This document shows, piece by piece, positions 54,048 to 62,443 of a stretch of DNA of 64,000 nt. The stretch comes from Alistipes sp. (GTDB lineage: Bacteria > Bacteroidota > Bacteroidia > Bacteroidales > Rikenellaceae). How positions within the stretch are numbered: position 1 is the stretch's first letter; each line of letters starts with the position of its first letter. The DNA is taken from positions 102,292 through 166,291 of the forward strand of contig JAZPYA010000039.1 in NCBI GenBank assembly GCA_045543935.1, read 5' to 3'. Below the pieces are notes generated by a model. That model saw only the letters and a program-made list of their open reading frames with translations. It was not told where the DNA came from and did not search any database. Made by a program: the position numbers and the translations under genes.

Positions 54048-54946
54048 TGACCACTATTGAGATTTCACAAACAGGAGGCTTCTGTGCGATACCTTCCTCT
54101 TGGGACGAACTGTCGCCAAAGCAGGTGCAGCATATTGTCAAACTATATGACCAAACTCTGCGAGGAGGTAAATCACTACTCGAATTTAATGTGAGAGTGC
54201 TTTACTACCTTATGGGAATGAAATACGACTCTCGCAGTATTCGTTGGGAACGATTGGCATCGAAAGAGGCTATCGATGAGCGTAACTCAAATATCTATAT
54301 GCTCTGCGATAAATGCTTGGCATTTCTGCTGAAAGAGGTTGGCGAGAAAGATGTGATATTGTCTTACGACTCGATTATCAACTCGCTCCCTTCTGTCCGG
54401 GCAAACATCTTTTGTAGAAGATTGTGTGGCCCAGCCGATGGACTTCAAGACCTCTCTTTCGGAGAGTTCCGACACGCTGCCACCGCTTTGAATACATATT
54501 TCAATACTCAAAACGAAGATGATTTGAACGAGTGTATTGCGCATCTGTATCGAGTTCGCTCCAAGCACCCTAATCGAGCAGGGCGATATGTCGAGGAGGT
54601 AAACAACGGAAATATCGGTGTCGCTTGTAGGCGTGTTGCTCGATTGGCTCATTGGCAAAAAGTCCTCATTATGCTATGGTTTGCCTCGTGTATCAACTTC
54701 TTGCAAAATGGTACGGTGTCGCTCGATGGCGAAGAGGTTGATATGTCAAAGCTCTTTACAGGCGGAACGAGCGAAGACAATGTGTTGTCGTGTGGCTGGC
54801 AAGACCTCGCTATTGAGATTGCCAAAGAAGGCACTGTCGGCAATATGGATAATGTCGATGCAGAACCTCTGTACTCGATAATTGGAATAATGTGGCACAA
54901 TCATAAAGAGAATAAACGCAATGAAAAGGCTTCAAAATCTCACTAA
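54047..54946 (+). CDS. Phage structural/assembly protein (possible tail assembly chaperone)
   Basis: IPSSWDEL start; coupled to neighbours. Confidence 0.55.
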   Translation: MTTIEISQTGGFCAIPSSWDELSPKQVQHIVKLYDQTLRGGKSLLEFNVRVLYYLMGMKYDSRSIRWERLASKEAIDERNSNIYMLCDKCLAFLLKEVGEKDVILSYDSIINSLPSVRANIFCRRLCGPADGLQDLSFGEFRHAATALNTYFNTQNEDDLNECIAHLYRVRSKHPNRAGRYVEEVNNGNIGVACRRVARLAHWQKVLIMLWFASCINFLQNGTVSLDGEEVDMSKLFTGGTSEDNVLSCGWQDLAIEIAKEGTVGNMDNVDAEPLYSIIGIMWHNHKENKRNEKASKSH

Positions 54947-55364
54947 CTTAACAAATTACCTTACGGCATTACGAGTGCCTGGTCTTGACGATCTGAAACC
55001 TCTTCGAGTTGTCGATGAGGCACAGGCGACTTCTCGTCTTGCCAGACGGGGCGGAACGCAGATAGTTATTGCACGCCCGGAACTGAAACAAGAAGGCACC
55101 TCGGACTCCTATGTGGCCGAGTATAGTACTGCCGTGTTTGTGCTGGATAAGAATTTGAGTTCGGCGAGTACCGAGGAACGAGAGGACTCCCAATTCAATA
55201 GCCTCGTAAACATTGCGTGCGACATCTTGACAAAGATTGAGCAAGACATCTCCTCCGGAACATCAGAACTCCGAGGGCTTGACCTCGTTGGCACAGAACT
55301 GTTCCCTGTCTCGTCTATCTTCGGTGGCTGGAATGGCTACTCAATGATATTGGCTTTTCGATAA
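54921..55364 (+). CDS. Probable tail terminator/completion protein
   Basis: 147 aa beta-rich; P...IFGGWNGYS end. Confidence 0.5.
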   Translation: MKRLQNLTNLTNYLTALRVPGLDDLKPLRVVDEAQATSRLARRGGTQIVIARPELKQEGTSDSYVAEYSTAVFVLDKNLSSASTEEREDSQFNSLVNIACDILTKIEQDISSGTSELRGLDLVGTELFPVSSIFGGWNGYSMILAFR

Positions 55365-55427
55365 GCACTTCATACGATTTAGGAATTTAGTAGGTCAAAA
55401 TTACTGCCGTGAGGCAGAGATTAGACC

Positions 55428-55458
55428 GGGCGAGTCGATGAAAGTCGGCTCGTTTTTT
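55428..55458 (+). terminator. Intrinsic terminator of the portal operon
   Basis: CGAGTCGA/TCGGCTCG stem plus T run; preceded by CTGCC-GTGA-GGCAG hairpin. Confidence 0.7.
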
Positions 55459-55645
55459 ATGTAAAGCAAATGGCACTTTTCTTTACATATCGATAGCCTT
55501 ATGCTCAAAATTTGCGATTTTTTGAGCATATAATCTGTTTAGGAAGCTATCTTCCCGATGAAAGGGCTTATTCTATATTATACTACGAAGCGTGACAAAA
55601 CTTTGGAAAATTTTATATCTTTGTACTAACTTTTTTCCTAAACAT

Positions 55646-56521
55646 ATGAAAAATATAGTCTACCTCAATGTGAGATACACCGACTATAATCCTGAATTGG
55701 TGTATCTTATCGAGATGCTTATCGTATCCGATAATGAGATGAAATTGTATCACACCTTTGTCAATCCCGAAGAGGAAGTCTTTGACTATGGTCTGATATA
55801 TGAATTTGGTGGTACCTCTGATGTATTGGCGTCTGCTCCAACTTTTCCAGATGTACATTGTGAAGTTTTTAGAAATTTAGCCAATAAGACGGTATTATAC
55901 CATATGTCAAGCAATATGCTTGCTTTGCAATCGGTGTGCCATCGCTACGGCTTGCCTATGCCTGAATCAAACTATGTGAATACCGAGCGTATAGTTCGCC
56001 GTGTTTGGAGAGAACATTCTCGTAGTGGTTATGGACTTGGTAGTATGAGAGCATCTCTCGATATCCCCTCCGGCTTATCAAGTGCGGAGGCAACATATGA
56101 GATTGTTCAGCGAGCCATTATACATACAGGTTCCTCGCTTGAAGATTTGATTGAGTTAGCAAATAAACCTCGAATACGACTGCGAGAGAATAGCCATATA
56201 GAGAGTATGGCGGGTAATCCTGATGGTCCGTTGTATGGCGAAACAATAGTCTTTACGGGGAGTCTTGACCGCCCACGCAAAGAGCTGCGAGATGTGGTCG
56301 TTGCTTTGGGTTGTAACTTTGCAGACTCATTGACACGAGAAACAACGATGCTTGTCGTTGGCAACTATAACAATCCTACGGTGCTGACCACAGGTAAGAG
56401 TGGTAAACTTGCAAAGGCAGAAAAACTTAATAAAGACGGTAAAGCCTTTATCGAGATTATGTCGTCAGATAGTTTTTATATGATGATGGCGGAGTTTACC
56501 GATGCTTTTGAGGGTGCTTAA
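55646..56521 (+). CDS. DEDDh exonuclease-like domain (catalytic residues lost) fused to BRCT
   Basis: HTFVNPE, APTFPDV, GYGL scaffold motifs; GETIVFTGSL...R BRCT; own TATCTTTG promoter at 55616. Confidence 0.8.
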   Translation: MKNIVYLNVRYTDYNPELVYLIEMLIVSDNEMKLYHTFVNPEEEVFDYGLIYEFGGTSDVLASAPTFPDVHCEVFRNLANKTVLYHMSSNMLALQSVCHRYGLPMPESNYVNTERIVRRVWREHSRSGYGLGSMRASLDIPSGLSSAEATYEIVQRAIIHTGSSLEDLIELANKPRIRLRENSHIESMAGNPDGPLYGETIVFTGSLDRPRKELRDVVVALGCNFADSLTRETTMLVVGNYNNPTVLTTGKSGKLAKAEKLNKDGKAFIEIMSSDSFYMMMAEFTDAFEGA

Positions 56522-56544
56522 AGTTTAGAAATATATGATTATTT

Positions 56545-56575
56545 AGAGCAAAGTGTAAAAAACTTTGCTCTTTTT
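56545..56575 (+). terminator. Intrinsic terminator
   Basis: AGAGCAAAGT/ACTTTGCTCT plus T run. Confidence 0.8.
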
Positions 56576-56599
56576 TATTGCAAATTCAAAAACAAGTCG

Positions 56600-56775
56600 T
56601 ATATTTGCAATGCTAAATCATACCATTGGTGCATAGGTCGCACCGAAAACAAGGTGCTTTTTTTGTGCCTACATATATTAAATTCAGCGGTATTACACCC
56701 CGTGCCATTGCCGTAATAGCGTGGCGATCACCAGTGGTAGATTTAGCAGCGGGTAAGAGGAGTACCGCTGTTTTT
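56600..56775 (+). ncRNA. Structured c4/CI-like regulatory RNA leader
   Basis: TATATTTG promoter; GCTAAATC-TACCA-TGGTG pairs with CACCA-TGGTA-GATTTAGC; CAGCGGTA/TACCGCTG; internal GCACC/GGTGC-T7 terminator. Confidence 0.6.
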
Positions 56776-56805
56776 TATTCCTCAAATAAAAGCTAAATTA
56801 CCACT

Positions 56806-57075
56806 ATGAGTAACAAATCAGAAGAGCGTAAAACCTTACGCACCGATTGGAACGAACTACCAATCGACAAAGAACTCTCGCAAATTCTTTTGCAGATTGC
56901 CAATGCCAGAGCTGCATTGCTCAACTATCTCGAAGCAATCCCGGACAGAGCCACTTACGACTCGTACAAAGATTGTGTCGGCTCGGCAACAGATCATCTT
57001 CTCAATGCGATGATGGAGATGGGTGGCGACCTTATGGCTCAGCAAATCGTAGGTAAACTTATCGAAGAGAAGTAG
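56806..57075 (+). CDS. Hypothetical protein downstream of the RNA leader
   Basis: A-rich start context; no recognisable ANT/BRO domain. Confidence 0.7.
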   Translation: MSNKSEERKTLRTDWNELPIDKELSQILLQIANARAALLNYLEAIPDRATYDSYKDCVGSATDHLLNAMMEMGGDLMAQQIVGKLIEEK

Positions 57076-57079
57076 CCCT

Positions 57080-57310
57080 ATGAAACGCAGATTAAAGTAT
57101 TGGGCGATACGCACGCTCGGACGCAAATTTATGTTGCTGAATTGGAAGGACAAGTTGTCGCTTATTTGGCTTGCGGTCTCTTTTCTTGCGACCATCGTTG
57201 TTGCAGAGGCGGAGGACGAGAGAATTTTGTACACCGCCACTGTTAGTCTTGTACTCTCGGCTATCAGGTCTTATCGAGTAATGGAGGACTTGGACAACCC
57301 TGTAATATAA
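57080..57310 (+). CDS. Small membrane protein
   Basis: Two hydrophobic segments, basic N-terminus. Confidence 0.65.
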   Translation: MKRRLKYWAIRTLGRKFMLLNWKDKLSLIWLAVSFLATIVVAEAEDERILYTATVSLVLSAIRSYRVMEDLDNPVI

Positions 57311-57352
57311 GTTTAGTTACATTTCACTTTAATTCCTAATCAAGAAAACGCT

Positions 57353-57475
57353 ATGAAACAGATTTTAGTTTACGAAATTTCGGTAGAGACCGAAGAACAC
57401 AAGGAGAGAATGATTGCCGAAATTGAGTCGGTACTCGGTATGCGACCTACAAGAATTGAGGAGCGTAACGAATAA
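57353..57475 (+). CDS. 40-aa hypothetical protein
   Basis: MKQILVYEISVETEEHKERMIAEIESVLGMRPTRIEERNE; not in ORF track. Confidence 0.55.
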   Translation: MKQILVYEISVETEEHKERMIAEIESVLGMRPTRIEERNE

Positions 57476-57518
57476 TTGAATAATTTTTGTTAAATTTGTA
57501 CTCACAAAGTCAACTGCT

Positions 57519-57677
57519 ATGGAGATATTAGTTTGGATAGGTTATCTGTTGATGTTCCTTATAGGCATCGCTATTTGTATAATTATCGTTTGTGGTATAC
57601 TGTTTTTTGGCTCTGCTATTATCGGTGGAGTTTTAACACTAATTGACAAATTTAAGTCAGACACGGACAGCCTATAA
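57519..57677 (+). CDS. 52-aa hydrophobic membrane peptide
   Basis: MEILVWIGYLLMFLIGIAICIIIVCGILFFGSAIIGGVLTLIDKFKSDTDSL; TAAATTTG -7 box upstream. Confidence 0.6.
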   Translation: MEILVWIGYLLMFLIGIAICIIIVCGILFFGSAIIGGVLTLIDKFKSDTDSL

Positions 57678-57691
57678 GCACTATATTCTCT

Positions 57692-57726
57692 GTCCTTTTA
57701 TAGCCACCTTCGGGTGGCTATTTTTG
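57692..57726 (+). promoter_or_regulatory. Putative late promoter 3 (GTCCTTT-N20-TATTTTTG) overlapping a terminator hairpin
   Basis: TAGCCACC-TTCG-GGTGGCTA hairpin forms the spacer; upstream of the tail operon. Confidence 0.6.
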
Positions 57727-57746
57727 TTGCATAATAGCAACAAGTA

Positions 57747-58112
57747 ATGCCAATTAAGCAAAGATTTGTGAAATCAATCCTTGAAGACGAGAGCAAACGC
57801 CTTATGAGAAATCAAGGGCTTGCCCTCGGTCGCAAGTTGTCGATGCGTACTGGCCGACTCTTTAATACTCGCCAAACAAGTGTTACAGGAGGAGCCGATA
57901 TGGACGGACAGCTCTCTTTTTCACACACAATATATCAGCGTTTCCTCGATATGAAGCGACTGCAATATAAGTCGAAGGAGGTACATCGTAATCGCAGAAT
58001 ACACAATCGCTTTGTGTTCGGCCACTACTCGTCTATCGCAGGTCGCTTGATGTACGACCTCACGGACGAGGTTGTTGCGACAATCAAAGAAGAATTAAAA
58101 TCCGCAGAATAA
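57747..58112 (+). CDS. Conserved phage tail-completion-like protein
   Basis: Basic 121 aa; RTGRL, RFLDMK, IHNRFVFG; directly before tape measure. Confidence 0.6.
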   Translation: MPIKQRFVKSILEDESKRLMRNQGLALGRKLSMRTGRLFNTRQTSVTGGADMDGQLSFSHTIYQRFLDMKRLQYKSKEVHRNRRIHNRFVFGHYSSIAGRLMYDLTDEVVATIKEELKSAE

Positions 58113-58113
58113 T

Positions 58114-61100
58114 ATGGCAAAGACAATTCGTGATGAAGACTTACGCTTAAACATTATTATCAACGGTGATGATGGGCGCAAGCAAATCGGAGAACTGGAA
58201 CGAGCTCTCCACGACACCAATGCAAAACTCGAAACCCTACACGAGAAACGCAAGAAGCTGGAGAGGCAGGGTAAACAAGATACTCAGGCGTATCGCAGTC
58301 TATCTGCTCAAATTGGTAAGGCTGAAAAGGCCGCTAATGGCTATCGGGAGAAACTCGCTGCGCTCCATCGTCAGCAGTCCATCAACACGATGACTCTGTC
58401 GGAGCTAACCTCTCACATCAACCGTGTTCGAACACAGTTGTCAAAGGTAGATCCTGGAACTCCGTTATGGAAACAACTCAACGCAGAGTTGAAAAAGTCA
58501 AGTGCTCGACTTGCGGAACTGCGTGCACAGGCGAAGGTAACAGGTGGCACGATCTGCACAATGGCAGAGCGTGCTAATCGATATATCGGACTCATTACTG
58601 CTGGCTTTGCTTCGTTGACGGCAGTGTTCTCTGGTGTGTCTCGTGCAAAACGATCGTTCCAAGAGTGGGACGAGGCTATTGCTAACGCAATGAAGACGAC
58701 TCAACTCTCTCGTGAGGAGATGTTGCAATTGAATGAGGCTCTGAAAAAGATGGACACTCGCACCTCGCAAAATAGTCTGCTGGGACTTGCTCGTACAGCC
58801 GGCAAACTCGGTATCGAGGGGCAGGATAACATCTTGCAGTTTGTTAGTGCCGCCGATAAAATCAACATTGCGTTGAGCGAAGACCTTGGGGATAATGCAG
58901 AAGACGCTTTGCGAGAGATTGGTAAGTTGGTCGATATATTCAGCCTTGAAACAGAATTTGGTCTTGAACAGGCGATGTTAAAGACAGGCTCCGCCATCAA
59001 CTCTCTCGGTATGGCTTCCACTGCAAACGAGGGCTATATCGTGGAGTTCACAAAGCGTGTGGCTGGTATCGCCCCGAATGCCGATATCTCTATCGACAAG
59101 ATTTTAGGACTTGCTGCTACGCTCGATAAATATGGTCAAATGAGCGAGACCTCTGCAACTGCTATTGGACAAACCATTATGGGTATGTTCCGCCGTACAG
59201 ACGAGTTTGCACGAGTAGCCGGAATGAGCGTGGCCGAGTTCAAAGATTTGTTGGTCAACGATGCGAATGAGGCTCTTTTGACCGTATTGGAGGGTATGAA
59301 CAGAGGCGGAGATGGTATGATTACCGTAGTGAAGGCTCTGGACTCTCTACATTTGCAGGGACAGAGAGCATCGACTGTTCTCGGCTCATTGGCGAAACAT
59401 TCTGACGAGTTGCGCCATCAGCAGTCGCTGGCTAATCAAGCATTCACTGAGGGTACTTCTATCATCGAGGAGGCGAACATCAAGAATACCACTGCTACGG
59501 CTATTATGGAAAAGCGAAAGAAGGCGATTGTCGATGAGGCTGTGGCATTAGGTCAAACGCTTACCCCTGCAATAAATGTTTCGCTGTCGGCTGGCACTTG
59601 GTTACTTAAAGGGTTGAGTGCCCTCGTAACTGTTGGTATTAAGTATAGATCGATATTGTTGGCTTTGGCTGCTGCTTATGCCACAAATATTACTTTGAAA
59701 AAGGCGAAAGTGGCTTGGACAAAGTTAGAAGTTTTTTGGTCTGCTGCCAATAGGGCTGCATTGGTAAAAGAGACTACGCTTCTCGCTGATGCAACAAGCG
59801 GAACGATGCTTTTGTGTGCCGCCAAAAACTTGCTTGCTGGCAATGTCATGGCTGCGAGTGCAGCGTTTAAGTCGTTTTGGGCTTCTATTGGTCCTATTGG
59901 CTGGGCAACATTGGCTGTCGGAGCGTTGGTTGGTGTGATATCAGCGTTGCGAGGACGAGCAAAAGAAACAGCGACCTCTATTAACGCAGTAGAAAGGGCT
60001 TCGAAAGAACTCGATGAAACACTAAAAGACAACGACTATGGATTAGGTCAGAATATACTCACGATTAAAAGATTAAGTCAGGAATGGACGGCTCTCGGAA
60101 ATAACCTTGAAGCAAAGAAGAAATTTATCAAAGACAATGAGTCTGCCTTTGATGATTTAGGCATAGAAATTTCAAGTGTTTTGGGAGCAGAACAATTGTT
60201 GGTGAAGAACACTCCGAAGTTTATAGAAGCAATGAAACTTCGAGCCCAAGCATCGGCGGCGAAAAAACTTGCTGAAGAATACTATTCCAAGGCAGCACAG
60301 GCTTCTATTTCCAGAGAAACCGCCCAGAAGGAGTATGATGATATTCCAGTTGAACAGAAATATACTCCAACAAGAAATTGGGTTGGCAGTGATGGTCGAG
60401 AACACACCTCAGGCGGTAATCTATCCCCTATTGCATCGAAGAAGCAGAACGAGATATCACGCCTTAAAGAAGAGGAAAAAACGGCGAATGATACAGCGGA
60501 TGCGTTTTTTAATCTGGCGGCAGCAAAAGACCTTGCAGCAAGTGCCATTATTAAAGAAATATCACCCAAACCTAATAGTGGCGGTAATGGGAAAAACAAT
60601 GGAGGAGGCGGTGGGGGAGACTACGGACAAAAATGGTCTCTAAACTCTGATGAAGAGTTCTTGCAGAAGCGTCTTGCATTGAAAAAGGAGTATCAGACCT
60701 CCGAAACTATGACAGAGGAGGAGTATAATGCAAAATTACTCCAATTGGAAATTGACGCATTGACGGCTCGTTTGAAAACAAATGCAGACTCTGGTGCAGA
60801 TCGAGTTGCTCTCGAAGAAGACCTTGCCGACAAACTTATTCAGCAGAAAGAGCAAATGAATAAGGGTGTTGAGCAAGCCGAAAAAGAGATTGAACGACTC
60901 GAAGAAGAGTGGACAAAATCCATTGAAGATGAAGCCCGCAAGAGAGAGAAGATTGAGATGGATATTGCCGAGATGAGTGGAGACCGCATCGCCATCGAGA
61001 AGGCAAAGTACGAGAAGTTGAAGCGAGAGTATGCAGGGAACGCACGAGCGTTGGAGGCTCTCGAAAGGGCTCATAAGGCTCGATTGGCAAAAATACAACT

Positions 61101-62442
61101 CGAAGAGGCTGACAAGGAGGTCGAGACTCGACAGAATGCTTACAAGATTGCTCGAATGCAAATGGTGGAGCGTCAACGCCAAGAGATGGATACCTTCTCT
61201 GGCAGTGAGCGTGAACGCCGAGAGAAACGCAAAAAACATTGGGCTGAACTGAACGCTCTCGATGAGAAGTATCTCAACGAGATGATCGCTACTTTATCAA
61301 CTCTTGTCAGCGATGCAAAAATAGGCGATATTGAAATAGGAGTTACTCTTTCTGATGATGATAAGACAAAACTATTAGAGCAGATTGCCGACCTGCGCCA
61401 ACAACTTAATAAACTCAAAGATACCTCGGAAGGAACACAAAATGATAAAAATTTCTTTGCAGAGTTCTTGGGTATTAGTGGTGAGCGATGGGATGAAATT
61501 CTCAAAGACGGATTCAACACCGAAGACATCATTACAATGACTGAAGCCCTTGCCGATTCAGTTATGTCAATATGGGGTAAAGTCAATGACTTTATGGCAA
61601 AGTCTGAGGAAGCAGAATTGAAGAAGTACAAAAAAAGTAATGACGAGAAGAAAAAAACTCTCGAAAAACGCCTTGATGCTGGCTTGATAACCGAAGCACA
61701 ATACAATGCGGAGGTTGAAGCTATGGACGCCGAGTATGAGGCATATCAGGAGGAGTTGGCATTAAAGCAAGCTAAACGCCAAAAGGCAATGAGCATTACC
61801 GAGTCTGTAATAAACACGGCTCTCGGAGTAACAAAGTCGCTAACGGGTATGCCTTGGCCGATTAACTTGATTGCAGCTGCGGCTACTCTTGCTATGGGTG
61901 TAGCACAAACTGCCCTAATCGCAGCGACACCTATTACCACCGGAGCAGAGGAAGGTGGTCCGATTGGTAGCGGGCTTATCGATGTGCGTAGAGAACAGGA
62001 CGGCAAACCATTCCGGGCAAGGCTTAACCCGAATAAGAGAGGTTTCGTGAGTTCGCCTACGGTGCTGGTGGCGGAGAACGGAACAGAGTATGTTCTGCCG
62101 AATGAGGTGGTGCAGAATCCAACTGCATATCCTCTGTTGTCAGCAGTGGAGACAGCACGACAACACGGAACGCTCAGTTCTCTGGACTTCTCGGCCATAT
62201 ATTCTCCTTATACCGTTGCTGGACGAGCGGCAGGAGGATATATCGGAGATACGCCAAGAACAACTCTGTCGTCAAGTCAAACCACCGATGATAGTGGCGA
62301 GGTAAAGGCTTTGTTACTGCGAGTCTTAACAGTTCTTTCCAAGCCTCTCGATGCAAGAGTAGTAATGCTCGGCAGAAATGGTATCGTTGAGAATCTTGAA
62401 AAATACAACAAACAAAAGAGTAGAGGAAAAATAGGAGGTTAG
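58114..62442 (+). CDS. Tail tape measure protein
   Basis: 1442 aa helical; TMP core (AGKLGI, FVSAADKI.IAL), TM segments, coiled coils. Confidence 0.92.
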   Translation: MAKTIRDEDLRLNIIINGDDGRKQIGELERALHDTNAKLETLHEKRKKLERQGKQDTQAYRSLSAQIGKAEKAANGYREKLAALHRQQSINTMTLSELTSHINRVRTQLSKVDPGTPLWKQLNAELKKSSARLAELRAQAKVTGGTICTMAERANRYIGLITAGFASLTAVFSGVSRAKRSFQEWDEAIANAMKTTQLSREEMLQLNEALKKMDTRTSQNSLLGLARTAGKLGIEGQDNILQFVSAADKINIALSEDLGDNAEDALREIGKLVDIFSLETEFGLEQAMLKTGSAINSLGMASTANEGYIVEFTKRVAGIAPNADISIDKILGLAATLDKYGQMSETSATAIGQTIMGMFRRTDEFARVAGMSVAEFKDLLVNDANEALLTVLEGMNRGGDGMITVVKALDSLHLQGQRASTVLGSLAKHSDELRHQQSLANQAFTEGTSIIEEANIKNTTATAIMEKRKKAIVDEAVALGQTLTPAINVSLSAGTWLLKGLSALVTVGIKYRSILLALAAAYATNITLKKAKVAWTKLEVFWSAANRAALVKETTLLADATSGTMLLCAAKNLLAGNVMAASAAFKSFWASIGPIGWATLAVGALVGVISALRGRAKETATSINAVERASKELDETLKDNDYGLGQNILTIKRLSQEWTALGNNLEAKKKFIKDNESAFDDLGIEISSVLGAEQLLVKNTPKFIEAMKLRAQASAAKKLAEEYYSKAAQASISRETAQKEYDDIPVEQKYTPTRNWVGSDGREHTSGGNLSPIASKKQNEISRLKEEEKTANDTADAFFNLAAAKDLAASAIIKEISPKPNSGGNGKNNGGGGGGDYGQKWSLNSDEEFLQKRLALKKEYQTSETMTEEEYNAKLLQLEIDALTARLKTNADSGADRVALEEDLADKLIQQKEQMNKGVEQAEKEIERLEEEWTKSIEDEARKREKIEMDIAEMSGDRIAIEKAKYEKLKREYAGNARALEALERAHKARLAKIQLEEADKEVETRQNAYKIARMQMVERQRQEMDTFSGSERERREKRKKHWAELNALDEKYLNEMIATLSTLVSDAKIGDIEIGVTLSDDDKTKLLEQIADLRQQLNKLKDTSEGTQNDKNFFAEFLGISGERWDEILKDGFNTEDIITMTEALADSVMSIWGKVNDFMAKSEEAELKKYKKSNDEKKKTLEKRLDAGLITEAQYNAEVEAMDAEYEAYQEELALKQAKRQKAMSITESVINTALGVTKSLTGMPWPINLIAAAATLAMGVAQTALIAATPITTGAEEGGPIGSGLIDVRREQDGKPFRARLNPNKRGFVSSPTVLVAENGTEYVLPNEVVQNPTAYPLLSAVETARQHGTLSSLDFSAIYSPYTVAGRAAGGYIGDTPRTTLSSSQTTDDSGEVKALLLRVLTVLSKPLDARVVMLGRNGIVENLEKYNKQKSRGKIGG

Positions 62443-62443
62443 T

